DNA from: the human T2T-CHM13v2.0 reference genome, Homo sapiens
Strand: one strand, 5' to 3'
Assembly (NCBI RefSeq): GCF_009914755.1
Contig: NC_060929.1
DNA length: 64,000 bases
The notes beneath the pieces are model-generated. The model did not search any database. It had not been told where the DNA came from and saw only the letters and a program-made list of their open reading frames with translations. This document shows positions 1 through 19,289 of this stretch, piece by piece. A program made the position numbers and the translations under genes. How positions within the stretch are numbered: the first letter of the stretch is position 1; every line of letters begins with the position of its first letter.

Positions 1-27
1 TTTCACTTCTTTGGTTAAATTAATTCC

Positions 28-352
28 AGCTGGTCACAGGGGCTCACTCCTGTAATCTCATCACTTTGGGAGGCTGAGGAGGGCAGATCACATGAGGCCA
101 AGAGTTCAAGATCACCCTAGCCAGCATGGTGAAACCCCGTCTCTATTAAAAATACAAAAAAATTAGCCAGGCATGGTGGTGTGCACCTGTAGTCCTAGCT
201 ACTCGTGAGACTGAGGCGTGAGAATCGCTTGAACCCGGGAGGCAGAGGCTGCAGTGAACCAAGATTGGTGCCACTGCACTCCAGCCTGGGCAACAGAGTG
301 AGACTTTGTCTCAAAAATAAATAAATAAATAAATAAATAAATATAATAATAA
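28..352 (+). mobile_element. Alu (AluS) with (AAAT)n tail
   Basis: Dimeric Alu; TSD-like aattaattc on both sides. Confidence 0.93.
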
Positions 353-978
353 TAATTAATTCTGGATTTTTTCTGTTCTTCGTAGCTATTGTAATGGGAT
401 TGCTTTCTGATTTCTTTGTAAGATTGCTCGCCATTGGTGAGCATACAATGGTGTATGCTATTCTATACACCATTGATGTATAGAAATGCTGCTGATTTTT
501 GTATGTTGATTTTGCATCCTGGAATTTTACTGAATTTGTTCATCCGTTCTAACAGGTTTTTTTGGTGCAATCTTAAGGCTGTTCTGAGTATACAATCATA
601 TCATTTGTGAACAAGGCTAATTTGACTTCTTCCTTTCCAATTTGGTTACCCTTTATTTTTTTCTCTTGCTTAACTGCTCTGGCCAGGACTTCTAGTACTA
701 TACTGAATAAAAGTGGTGAAAGTCGGCATTCTTGTTCCATATCTTAGAGGAAAAATCTTCAGTTTTTCCCTATTTAGAATGACGTTAGCTATGGGTTTTT
801 CATAAATAATCTTTATTATTGTGAGGAATGTTCCTCCTATGCCCAGTTTGTTGAGGGTTTTTATCATAAAGGGATGTTGAATTTTATCAAATGCTTTTCC
901 AGGATCTATTGAAACTATCATATGGTTTTTGTTCTTGGTTCTGTTAAGGTGATATATCACGTTTATTGATTTACATAT

Positions 979-1335
979 TGTATTAGTCTCTTCATGCTGC
1001 TGATAAAGACATACCCAAGACTGAGCAAGTTACAAAAGAGGTTTATTGGACTTAGAGTTCCATATGACTGGGGAGGCCTCACAATCATGGCTGAAGGTGA
1101 AAGGCACATCTCACATGGCAATGGCAAGAGAGAGAATGAGAGCCAAGCAAAATGGGTTTCCCCTTATGAAACCATCAGATCTCGTGAGACTTATTCACTA
1201 CCGTGAAAACAGTATGGGGTAAACCGCCCCCATGATTCAATTATCTCCCACCTGGTCCCTTCCACAACACATGGAAATTATGGGAGTACCATTCAAGATG
1301 AGATTTGGGTGGGGACACAGAGCCAAACCATATCA
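979..1335 (-). mobile_element. THE1 (MaLR) solo LTR inserted in L1 ORF2
   Basis: TG...CA ends; reverse complement starts TGATATGGTTTGGCTCTGTGTCCCCACCCAAATCTC; 5-bp TSD CATAT at 974-978 and 1336-1340. Confidence 0.95.
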
Positions 1336-1569
1336 CATATGTTGAACCATCCTTGGGTCCCTGGGATGAATGCCACTTTATCATGGTGAATGATCTTTTA
1401 ATGTGTTGTTCAATTTGGTTTGCAGGTATTTTATTGAGAATTTTTGTATCTGTCTTCATGTGTGATATGGGCTTGTAGTTTTTTGTTGTTGTTGTTGCTT
1501 TGTCTGGTTTTGGTGTCAGGATAATGCTGGTCTCATAGGATGAGTTTGGAAGTCTTCCTTTCTCTTCAG

Positions 1570-1882
1570 TTTTTTTGAAGAGTTTGAGTAGAATTGGTGT
1601 TAGTTCTTCTTTAAATGTTTGATAGAATTCAGCAGTGAAACCATCAGGTCCTGAGCTTTTCTTTGATAAAATACTTTTTATTATGGCTTCCATCTCATTA
1701 CTCATTATTGATTTGTTGAGGTTTTGAATTTTTTTTGAAGAGTTTGAGTAGAGTTGGTATTAGTTCTTTAAATGTTTGATAGAATTCAGCAGTGAAGCCA
1801 TAGGTCCTGAGCTTTTCTTTGATAAGATACTTTTTATTATGGCTTCCATCTCATTACTCATTATTGATTTGGTGAGGTTTTC
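1570..1882. repeat. ~160-bp direct tandem duplication within L1 ORF2
   Basis: ttttttgaagagtttgagtag...ctcattattgattt occurs at ~1570-1725 and again at ~1730-1882. Confidence 0.93.
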
Positions 1883-2668
1883 TATTTCCTTATGGTTCAA
1901 TCTTGGTAGGTTGTATGTGTCCAGGAATTTATCCACTCACTTCTGGATTTTATTGAATTTGCTGGTATATGGTTGTTCATAAGGATTCTTTTTAGTTCTT
2001 TGATCTAGTTGTTTTGTCTTCTATTTAATTTGTTACTTACTTGGGTCTTCTCTTTTTTGCTTAGTCAAGCCACAGTTTTGTTGATTGTAACTTTTCATTA
2101 AAAAGTTTCATTTCATTGATCTTTTTTTTTGTCTCTATTTCATTTATTTATGCTCTGATCTTTATTTTTTCTTCATACAAATTTGGGTTTGATTTGTTCT
2201 TGTTTTTCAAGTTCCTTGAGGTGCATTATTAGGTTATTTGAAGTCTTTCTACTTTTTTTCTTTTTTCTGCTTTTTTAATGTAAGCATTTATTGCTTTCAA
2301 CTTTTCTTAGTACTGCTTTTGCTGTATCCTATAGATTCTGTTATGTTGTATTCCCATTTTCATTTGTTTTAAGAAAGTTTTAATTTCCTTCTTAATTTTG
2401 TTATTGATCCATTGGTCATTCAGGAGCATATTTGTGAAGTTTCCAAGGGTTTTCTTACTGATTTCTAGTTTTATTCCATTGTAGTGAGAAAAGGTACTTG
2501 ATATAATTTCTGTTTTTCAAAAAATTGTTCAGACTTGTTTTGTGACCTCAGATATGTCTATTCTTGGGAATAGTCTATGTGCTGATGAAAATAATGTATA
2601 TTCTGCAGCGGTTAGGTGGGTGTTCTTTAAATGTCAGGCCTATTAGATCTAGTGTATCGTTTAACTGA

Positions 2669-3078
<410 letters not shown>

Positions 3079-4156
3079 GTGTTTGCTTTATATGCTTGAG
3101 AGCTCTGGTGTTGGGCGATAGAGATATTTATAATTGTTTATACTATTTCTGGATTGACTGCTTTATCGTTATATAGTAATCTTTGTCTCTTTATAGTCTG
3201 TCTTTGATTTGTAGCGTATTTTATCTGATGTAAGTATAGCTAGTCAAGCTATTTTTTGGTTTTCAGTTGCATGGAATATCTTCTTCCACCCCTTTACTTT
3301 CAGTCTGTGTATGCTTTTGTTGGTAAGGTGGGTTTCTTGTGGGCAGTATAGAGTTGGTTCTTTTTTCTTCATTTATTCAGCCACTCTGTGCCTTCTAATG
3401 GGAGAATAAAGCCCCTTTACATTGTGTTGTTAGGTTGCTGCAAAAGTAATTGTGAGTTTTGCCTTTAAAAAAGTATTATTGGTAAGTAAGGATTTACTAC
3501 TAGCGTTTTGTTGTTTTTCTGGTTGTTTTTCTAGTCCTCTCTTCCTTTCTTACTGTTATCCTTTGTGGTTAAATGCTCTTCTCTGTTAGTGTGTTTTACT
3601 TTGTTACTGTTTATTTTTAAAGTATTTATTATTGGTTTTGGCACTGTGGCTACCATGAGGCTCACATAAAACATCTTATTGAAGTGCGTTATTATCTTAA
3701 AGGTATGACAGCTTATATCTCAAAGAATAGAAACAAATAAAAATAAAATGCTATACTCACATTTTTGGCTTTCAGTTGTCTTAATTTGCCTGTTTTTATA
3801 TTGCCTGTCTCTTAAAAAGTTATTGTAGATATTGTTTTTGATAGATTTGTCTTTTGGGCTTCATAATAGAGTTATGAATAGGTTACACACCACAATTACA
3901 GTATTCTTCTAGATTTGTCTGTGACTTAATTTTTCCAGTGAGTTTTATATCTTCCAAAACAATTTTTTTTTTGCATATTAGTGGTTTTTTTAATTTCATG
4001 TTGAAGAACTCCCTTTAGCATTTTTGCAAGTCTTAATGGTGGTGAATTTCGTCACCCTTTGTCTGGGAAATACTTTATCTCTCCTTCATATTAGAAGGAT
4101 AACTTTGCTGGCTACAATATTTATAGAAGACAACATTTTGTCTTTTAGCATTTTGA

Positions 4157-5843
<1,687 letters not shown>

Positions 5844-6184
5844 AGTCCTCTGTGTGTTTTTAAATAGCCTGTCTTTGAGCTCACTGATTCTTTCTTCTGC
5901 TTGATCCATTCTTCTATGGAGAGCCTCTAATGAATTTTTCAGTTCAGCAAATGTATTTCTCAGTTCCAAGATTTCTGTTTGATTTTTTAAAAATATTTCA
6001 ATCTGTTTATTAACTTTTTCTGATAAATTTCTGAATTGCTTTTTGTCTTATCTTAGAGATGACTGAATAGTTGTTTCCTTAAAACTATTTTGAATTCTTG
6101 GTCAGAGAGCTCACATATCGCCTACTGGTTGGGGTCAGGTTCCTTGCTTTGTTTGGTGAGATCATGGTTCCCTGTTTGCTGCAT

Positions 6185-6490
6185 TTATTTATTTATTTAT
6201 TTATTTGACAGTGTCTTGCTCTGTTGCCCAGGCTGGAGTGCAGTGGTGAGATCACAGCTCACTGCAGCCTTAATTTACCAGCTCAAGTTGTCCTCCCATC
6301 TCAGCCTCCTTGGTAGCTGGGACTACAGGCACATGCCACCACACCCAGCTAATGTTTTTATTTTTGTTTTTTTGTAGAGGCAAGTCTTGCTGTGCTGCCC
6401 AGCCTGGTTTCAAACTCCTAGGCTCAAGGGATCCTCCTGTTTTGGCCTCCCAGTGTTGGGATTACAGGCGTGATCCACTGTGCTTGGCCT
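6185..6490 (-). mobile_element. Alu (AluJ-like)
   Basis: Diverged antisense dimer with (TTTA)n tail. Confidence 0.9.
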
Positions 6491-7254
6491 GCTGTTTCTT
6501 GTGGATGCACACCTATGTCTTTGCATTTATGGATTAGTTATTTATTCTAGTCTTTGGCTTGTTTTGGTTTATATTGGATATCTTTACTTGGAGATTCTTC
6601 ACTGCTAAGCCACTGCCCCTTTTTAGGCTCCAGGTGTTGCCTTAAGTCCAGGTTCACCTTGGCTCTAGTAAACCATCAAAGGGCTGCCGTTCCTAAAGTG
6701 AGGAGATCCCACAGGAGGTATCTCAGCAGAGGGGGAATGCTGGCTAAGGGTTCATGTGCTGGAAACCTGTGGGACAAACCTCCTACAGGGTGGTGTTACT
6801 ACTGAACAGCCTCTCTCATGTGGCATCTCCTTTGGCTGAGTTATGGAGCACTATTTTCAGGGATGCAGATAATAATACTGCCTGCCCTCTTTGTTTCTCC
6901 CTGTCCTCAGAGATATTTCTTTAGGCACTTGTGATGCTTCTTATGGGTTAGGGCTGGGACAGATATTCTGCTAGAGAACCCAATATGGTGGGGAAGCTGG
7001 CTGTTCACCATAATCTCCCTTTTTCCAGTGTAGAAACAATGTTTGGGGAAATTTTCTGTGCCCTAAGTGCTGGGCAGAATTGGGGGAGGGGTGTTGTGAA
7101 TGTGGAAGTCTCTTTGTCTTTTTTCATTTCTGAAAATTGTCTTTTTTCATTCCTGTGGCCCCAGGAACTGTCTTGTCTTCATATGTGAGTTCTGGGTTAT
7201 TTCTGGTGATACTTTCAGCACTGTATATTTGTTTTGGGTTTTCTTTTTCTTTTA

Positions 7255-7380
7255 TTTAAGAAAAATTCTTTTTCTTTTTTTTTCACATAGGGTCTTGCTG
7301 TGTTGCCCAGGCTGATCTCAAACTCCTGGGCTCAAGCGATCTTTTCTCCTTAGCCTCCTGATTCGGTGGGATTACAGGTG
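7255..7380 (-). mobile_element. FLAM / Alu monomer
   Basis: ggtcttgctgtgttgcccaggctg...gggattacaggtg. Confidence 0.8.
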
Positions 7381-7454
7381 CAATGTTGTATGAATCTGTT
7401 TTTCATTTTCTTTGGAGGCAAGTGAAACACCACCTTTTTGGAGCCACAGTTATT

Positions 7455-9822
<2,368 letters not shown>

Positions 9823-9831
9823 TGCACAATC

Positions 9832-10135
9832 TTTTTTTTTTTTTTTTTTAATTTTTTATTTTTAGACAAGGTCTCACTCTGTTGCCTGGGCTGGAGTGTA
9901 GTGATGCTCACCACAGCCTTGACCTTCTAGGCTCAGGTTATCCTCCCACCTCAGCCTTTTGGGTAGCTGGGACTACAGGCGTACGCCACTGCAACCAGCT
10001 AATTTTTTGTGTTTTCTGTAGAGCTGGTTTTGCCATGTTGCCCAAGCTAGTCTTTAACTCCTGGACCCAAGCGACTCACCTGTCTTGGCCTCCCAAGGTT
10101 CTGGGATTACAGATGTGAGCCACCATGCTCAGCCA
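9832..10135 (-). mobile_element. Alu (AluJ-like)
   Basis: Diverged antisense dimer. Confidence 0.9.
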
Positions 10136-11157
10136 AGTTCAATAATTTTATTTGATTTAAAATTTACCAAGACTACGGAGACAGCTTTGTTAACTTCTAG
10201 TACCATCGCTGAGAAAAAGTCAAATAGTAGTAGTATGATGCAGCAGCAGCAAAAGAACAAGGGTAATTCAGAACTAGATAAGTCATTGAATGATGAAGTG
10301 GTAATTGTTATTAGTTGGTATTTTCCTCTGTATAGTACTAAGTGTTTATTTCTGGGATTACTTTACATTTCTCAACTCTGCAAGTGTAATATTTGTATTA
10401 AGTAGTAATTTGTGTGGGCTTCAAAATTAGTATAGACTTGATGTGGGAAAATTTTGGGTCATGTTTGACAAAATACTTGCAACGTAATATCTGAAATTAG
10501 GTAGATAATTTCAGGTACAACAAAGGTGAAGTTGTGAAGACATGAGTTTTTTTATTCCACTGAAAGGAAACTGAAAATGTTGTTTAGAAGGGAGCAAATC
10601 TAAATTGTAAACATGTAAAATTCAACACAATATTTTGAGAAACAGTGACAATCAGTATTCTCAAAATTTAATATCAAGGAGAAAAATTAGTTTCTAAATT
10701 ATTTGAAAGACAACTTCTCTTAAAATTAGCCTTTGGAATTTATTCTTGCTAATGGTCTTATGACAAGCCTTATGATCCCATCATGGATATTTATATAGGA
10801 GAGGAGATCATCATGTGATTTTTTTGTTTGTTTGAGCCAGTTCTTTTCACTTTGTGAAACTAGTGGAATCATAATTGATTATTCTTTCTAATTTTTAGGT
10901 AAAATTCCAGGCAAGCATGTTAACTAGGGAAGCCCCTGTTGGTACCATGGAAATAGCAGGAGACCAAAAATCAAGAGATCAGGTTCTGAAGCCTCACTCT
11001 GCCACTAAGATGTTATCAACTTATTTGGGCCTTGATTTTCTTTTCCATATAGCACATTCATTTGTATGTTCTCTCAAGTCCCATTTTTAATATTTTTTGA
11101 TAGAGTATACAGAATAATTTTGGTTTTGGTAGGAATTAAGGTGTATATGAAGTATAA

Positions 11158-11455
<298 letters not shown>

Positions 11456-11799
11456 GAAGTATAATTTTTAAATATATGTGCGTGTGCAAAAATGAGGAGC
11501 AAGTAGAGAGTTGATAAAAACTTTATGAACTCAGGTTGGAAAACAGTTTGTGTTAGATGTCTTATTGTTGTAACGTGTGCCAGTCTATAATATGAATCCT
11601 AGGAGAACAACCATGTACCCTGTAATGGAAAAAACTCCCGTGATCAAAGAAGGTGGTAGGGAAAAGGACACACAAAAGAAGAGTTCTAGTTGGGAGAGTT
11701 ATGCTAACTGTTGTAAAATTGAAAAAGAGCTATGAAATGCTTGGCAACAAGTCTTGAGCTATGTATACTTTCTTTTGTTGTGATGACTGTTTTTGTGAA

Positions 11800-12810
11800 A
11801 TTAAATGCTTCATTTATTCCACTTATAAATTATTAGCTGCATTCTAGGCCCTTGTGTTAGAATTGAGGACTAGAGTAGAGAACAAGATAAACTTGAATCC
11901 TTCCTTTTTGGAATTTAACTTTTAATAATAGATAGGGACAAAAGACATTTAAAAATTGTGATATATGCCGTGAAGAAAATAAACAGTAATGTGATAGAAA
12001 GTAATGGGAGAGATAGTGGTTGGGAATTGTAGCCTGAATGCTGGAAAGCAGCTAACTAGAAAAGACCAGGCAGATAAAAGGCAGATAAACACCTTGAGAT
12101 GTAAAAAGGAACAGAAACAAGAGCCAGCTGAGAGAAGGAAAGAATAGCCTGAGATGGGTTTATAGAAGGACCACCATTTAGGATATTGACCATGGTAAGG
12201 TGTTGAGATTTTATTCCAAGTGCAGTGGAAAACTGTTGAGGGGTTTAAGCAGGGAAAATAACTTGGTGCAGTAAACATTCTTCAAATATCACTCTTTGTG
12301 GAAATGCATTAGAGGGAGGCAAGAATGGAAGTTTGCTATTAGTAGAATAGGAGAGAGATGATCATGGTTCAGTTTAGACAAGGGTGGTAGCATTCACTGG
12401 AGATGAAAAAAGTGAGCCGGGCGCGGTGGCTCACGCCTGTAATCCCAGCACTTTGGGAGGCCGAGACGGGTGGATCACGAGGTCAGGAGATCAAGACCAT
12501 CCTGGCTAACACGGTGAAACCCCATCTCTACTAAAAATACAAAAAACTAGCCGGGCGTGGTGGTGGGCACCTGTAGTCTCAGCTACTCAGGAAATTGAGG
12601 CAGGAGAATGGCGTGAACCTGGGAGGCGGAACTTGGAGTGAGCCGAGATTGCGCCACTGCACTCCAGCCTGGGCGACAGAGTGAGACTCCATCTCAAAAG
12701 AAAAAATAAAAAAGTGGACAGAGTTCAGAGTTGATGCATATTTTGCAGAAAGGACTGACAGAATTTGCTAATAGGCTGTATATGGGGAGGTAAGGGAAAT
12801 AGTGCCAAAT
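11800..12810 (-). mobile_element. L2 fragment(s), interrupted by AluY
   Basis: accatggtaagg...gattttattccaagtgcagtggaaaactgttgaggggtttaagcaggg is typical L2. Confidence 0.65.
12416..12706 (+). mobile_element. AluY
   Basis: Diagnostic cctggctaacacggtgaaac and gaatggcgtgaacc; TSD aaaaaagtg. Confidence 0.93.
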
Positions 12811-12957
12811 GTAGATTTTTTTTTTAAGAAAACACCTAAAATTGGTCTTTTAAAACATTTATTCTCCCTGCCTTAAAACATGATAGTTAATACTAGTATT
12901 CTACATGGTAAATGTTTCCTTGACACTTTTATCATTTTTATTTATTTATTTTTTTAG

Positions 12958-13083
12958 GCTTATGCATCTGGATGTGACATTGTAATACTGGGAAGCGATT
13001 TTGAAAGATTACAGATAATCCCAGGAGCTAAACATGGAAATATTCAAGTGGGATGTGTAGACTGTTCAATGCAACAAGGCAAG
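12958..13083 (+). CDS. DMXL1: DMXL1 coding exon (probably exon 2), 126 nt, phase 0-0
   Basis: tttttag|GCT...AAG|gtttgt; encodes AYASGCDIVILGSDFERLQIIPGAKHGNIQVGCVDCSMQQGK, recognised as the DMXL1 N-terminal WD40 region. Confidence 0.96.
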
Positions 13084-13995
13084 GTTTGTAATCTTCTTCT
13101 AATATACAAATTTGTTTGGAATATGGTTTTTGTCAGGATAATCTCTGAAGTGTGTATTTCCTATTGAATTAGAGACTTGGCTTTGTTTCAAAGATAGTGT
13201 AGCTAGAAGAATTTTTGGCTGTCTAAGATGCATTCTATAGAGTGCCAGAAATTCTCTTCTTATATAATTTTAAATTATAGCATCATCTTCTCTGAGAAAG
13301 AAATACAATACTTACTGATATAGAATGAGTCTAAAGCTTACGTATTTAAAAGGTGATTGGACTGGGGGAAAGGAGTAACAATGAATCTTCAATATTTACA
13401 AATAAACTAAAGGAAATGATTTAGAATATTTTTTTTTTTTGTCTGTGAACAGGTAGTTATCTCCTTGTAACTTCTATGTAACAAGGGCTGTGTAACTTTT
13501 TGTGGAAATGAAAAACTCTTTGAGAGTTTATAATATTCTAAGCCCATAAGAAAAGTGAAAAACTTTATCTGGACTTCTATTTGCATATGAAAAGTAGAAA
13601 GGTAACCTTGAAAGTAAAATAGCAACAACATAAACAAAAGTAACAAAGTATAAAATTCTTCTAGATCAGGTTAAATACAGTTCCTGTAGTACCAGAATGA
13701 GAAAGTCATACTACTAGGCAAGGCAGCATAATATATAGCTTAAAATAACTCCATATAGGCATAGGTGGTAAGGCCTATATATAGTTGTAGCTAGACTGGA
13801 CTGAACTTCGCAAATACACTCATATGATTCCACTAGAACATTTTGTGTAAGGAATCAAAATGGTCATATTAAGAGTCCATGGACCCAATCATTTGTTTTT
13901 AAATCTAATCTTCATTTGAGGTAAACTTTCTAGGATTAAAAGTTGCCATCTGGGACTTAAAGATATTAATTATAAAACGAGTTTCTGTTTTCTGA

Positions 13996-14486
<491 letters not shown>

Positions 14487-14701
14487 TATCCTTGAGATTT
14501 TTATTTTCATTCTCTTCATGTTTGTTTGATCTTCTAGCTCTTTTGTTCTGTAATCTTTCTTAACTGTATAAAAACTTGCTTAATACCATCTGGACTCACA
14601 TGGAGCTGGTTAATGTTAAAAATCTAATTTAATACTTTCCAATATGAGCTATCTTTTTGTGATAGACTATATGACAGTCCAGGTTAGAATGAAGAAATCA
14701 T

Positions 14702-15000
<299 letters not shown>

Positions 15001-15166
15001 GAGGAATTAAGAAGTCATTTGGTTTTATAATCATTTAATGAAGAAATATTTTCTTCATTTACAGATATCAGTATTATCATAGTGGTTCCTTAAAGTATCA
15101 GGAAGAAAATTGGCAGGTTCTGGTACCTGGGGACTTCTGACTGTTTACATTTAAGAAGGAAATGTT

Positions 15167-15500
<334 letters not shown>

Positions 15501-15647
15501 CTAATTCATTTTTCTGAGAAAATTAATCCTCATTTATCCTTTTATTCATCAGCTTCAAAGTATTCTTAGCCCATTACCTTGGAAAAGTTCAAATTGTTCA
15601 CCTTGGTGTGAGGCCTTTTACAACCTGGCTCAGATCTGCCTTTTTAG

Positions 15648-16060
<413 letters not shown>

Positions 16061-16574
16061 TTACACCTGTTTTCATACTATGCCCTATTTATAAAGTTGA
16101 ATACTCACTGCTTTTTGAAATCCCACCCATAATTAAAGGCCCAAACTAAACACTTCCTCCAGATCAATGCAGCACAAGTGATATCTATATCCTAAGAATT
16201 CAGAAGCCTTAAAATATCCATTCACAGTTTTTTCTCCATGTTTGTTGTGTCCTCATTTCTTACCTTCTCTTTACTACATCATATGTTTTTTTTTCTATCC
16301 CTGATTCATTCATTTAATCTCTCTCTGTGTTTGATTTCCAATATTTTGATGTTCTTTATATGAGACTCACTCAAGTTATAGTAGTAGTTACCTTATAAAA
16401 CAGAGCCAGGAAAGGTTATGATCCATCAATTTAAAGAGTAAATTCAAAGGATAAAATAGAATATGTTTTAAAATGTACTCAGGGAGTTTCCAGAGGAATA
16501 GACCTAAGTTATATTTTTGAAAAGTTAATGTACACTGACAGAATTGTCAATTTAGAGGATGGATGACGACAATT

Positions 16575-16790
16575 AACATTTACTGTGCATATTGTATGTC
16601 ACTTATTATATGTTAGGTGTTTTACAAATGTTATTTCAACCCTCAATGCTGTTAGGAAGGTAGTGTTGTACATATTATGAACACTGTAATGGAAACTAAC
16701 GTTTGGAGAGATTAAGTTGCTAGTTAACGTAGTAAGTTGCAGTTCTAGGATTCTAATGCAGATGTGATAGTCTTCAAAACTGACATTCTT
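16575..16790 (-). mobile_element. MIR fragment
   Basis: gaaactaacgtttggagagattaagttgc core-like. Confidence 0.55.
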
Positions 16791-16914
16791 AAGCATCAGT
16801 GAATGAAATTGTGTGTATTGGCATATTTAAAGTTATAGTATTCATTTCTTTGCTTTTTTTGATTCATAAGTAAGTTAACATATCCCTAATAAATTCTTTT
16901 TTTCTTTTTAAAAG

Positions 16915-16986
16915 ATTGCAGCGTCTTATGGAAATGTTATCTCCATTTTTGAACCAGTTAACCTACCAAAACAAAAGAAAAATTTG
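16915..16986 (+). CDS. DMXL1: DMXL1 exon 3, 72 nt, phase 0-0
   Basis: ttttaaaag|ATT...TTG|gtcagt; IAASYGNVISIFEPVNLPKQKKNL, continues the frame. Confidence 0.95.
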
Positions 16987-17524
16987 GTCAGTAATTTATG
17001 ATTTCTTCTTTTAGGAATTGAAATGTTTTAAGTATTGAAAGAGTGTAAAATCAGAGTGATCATTGAGTAAATCGGTATTACTTATATACTGTAATTGAAC
17101 CTACATGTTAAATTCCATTTTGATGTTAAAAATATATTTAAATTTTTCATTGGAATAGAACTAAAATAAATTGTGCCAATGAATTGTTGAAATGCTTTAT
17201 TATTTTATTTCTGACATTTTTAATTTTATAATATTTCAAGAGTCAGTAACCTAAAGTTTGGCACTACTTTATTGCTAGTATCAAATACCGTTGTCCAGCC
17301 ATATGTGGTACTCTTTCCTTTGTTTTATAATCTACCTTTATACAGGTTTTCTGCCTCTTCAGGGCTTAACTTTCTTGCATTATTTAGATCATGTAATACA
17401 GTCGTTAACAGGTCAATGAATGTTTTTCTTTATAAGCAAGCTGTACTCAGAAATAGTTCTGAAAACTGGTTACCCAATAATTTATAAATATTCGAATCAT
17501 GTTAGCAGATTTTATAGGTTCTTT

Positions 17525-17791
17525 AATGCTTGTGCCTGTAATCCTCTCTATTTGGGAGGCTGAGGCAGGAGGATTGCATAAGGCCAGGAGTTTGAAACCA
17601 GCCTGGGCAAGATTTTAAAAAAAGTTTAGCCAGGCATGGTGGCACATGCCTATAGTCTCACCTGCTCAGGAGGCTGAGATGGGAGGATCGTTTGAGCCCA
17701 AAAATTTGAGGTTGTGGTGAGCAATGATGGCACCACTGCATTCCAGCCAGGGTGACACAGTGAGACCCTGTCTCTAAAAATAAAAATAAAA
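17525..17791 (+). mobile_element. Alu (AluJ-like, partial)
   Basis: Diverged dimer. Confidence 0.88.
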
Positions 17792-17841
17792 GCAAACCGT
17801 CTGAAAGAAGATAAGTGTAGTGTCATTGAAAGAGCAGTGTA

Positions 17842-18085
17842 AGGGAGCTAAATGATGAGAAATTATGAACACAAGGAAACAACAGACACTGAGGTCTACT
17901 TGAGGGTGGAGTGTGGCAGAAGGGAGGGGAGCAGAAAAGATAACTATTGGGTACTGGGCTTAATACCTGGGTGATGAAATAATTTGTACAAGAAAATCCC
18001 TTGACACGAATTTACCTATGTAACAAATCTTCACAGGTACTCCCAAACCTAAAATTAAAAGATTTTTTTTTTTTTTAAAAAAAAA
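17842..18085 (+). mobile_element. 5'-truncated L1PA (older primate) 3' end
   Basis: gggagctaaatgatgag...acctatgtaacaaa...cctaaaattaaaa; 14-bp TSD gaaagagcagtgta at 17828-17841 and 18086-18099. Confidence 0.92.
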
Positions 18086-19289
18086 GAAAGAGCAGTGTAT
18101 TGGGAGTCATAGGACTGGTTTCTATTTCTGGGTCTATCTAGCTAGTTGGTCTTAGGTAAGTCAGCCTTAAGAAATTCTTTGCTTAACTCTCAAATTGATT
18201 ACTATCTATTCAGTCTTGATGGGAATATTATTAGGCTAACATGTCAAAGATGGTTTAGGAATGTATTAATTATAAAGGACTAAACTGTTTTAATAGCAGA
18301 CATACCTTTATATATCTTTTGATAGTTTTCATGTCATCTTCACTTAGCTCATTAGTATTTTACAAATTACTTCAAACCTAGTTTGTGCAGCCATTATTTC
18401 TTCTTTTTATGAATAAGGCAGTAGAGTAGGCTCAAAGAATATAGTGACTTGACAAGTGAAGCAGCTGTTAAGCCACAGAACTAAGAGTAAAACCATCTGT
18501 ATTGATTCCTAGGTGTGAGTGTTCTTTCCTTACCTTGTGTTAATGAAAACTATTTTCTGAGTTAATTGATATTTATCTTTAAATTTCATAGAAATAGTGT
18601 TCACACTTCTGATTTCTATTTGTTTTTATAGATTGCCTAGTGAATCCACTATTTGAGCCTCTTAAAGCCTTAAGAATTAGTAATTGGCAGTACTAAAAAG
18701 AATTTTTTAAGGCGATTACCCCACCCAGCCCAGAACAGTGTATTTCAGTACTCAATAAATATTTATTAAATAAAATAAGTAGCTTTTGAAAATCAGTATG
18801 TTATGTTAAAATGCCTTTATTGGGAAGGATAGAATAGAGAATTTCAATGTTTGCCCATTTTCTCCTTTCCTAATTATAATTGATGAATGTAATGTATAAA
18901 ACTCAAAAAGAGGCTGGTTTATTGGCTTATCAGCACTGACTTTGCAGAAAGGACAATAAAAAACTTGATGAAGAAGGGCAAAAGTGGATCAAATGGTGAA
19001 GTTATAGACTTGAAAGATGTATAAAATCTATGATTCTAAAATATAGTTTCAGAATGTTTAGATCCTTGTAAAAATATATTCTTTCCTTTTCTTTGTATAT
19101 TATGGAGTATTCTTGTGAGGTGGTGGTCTTCATGAGAGTTGCACATCACAACTACCATTGGATACATGTGCCCAAATCCTGCTCTGGGAATTTCTACATC
19201 TGTAGCTGTGGGATTGTGTCTATGCACTTATATGTCTTGTTCTAGAGAGGGTTCTGGTATGTACTGTGATTGAAAGACATTCCTGCAAG

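Noticed and set aside
10085-10405. ORF with SSSMMQQQQK and a short CAG run
   Set aside because: Starts inside an Alu, has only ~4 CAG units, and shows no convincing exon structure or homology
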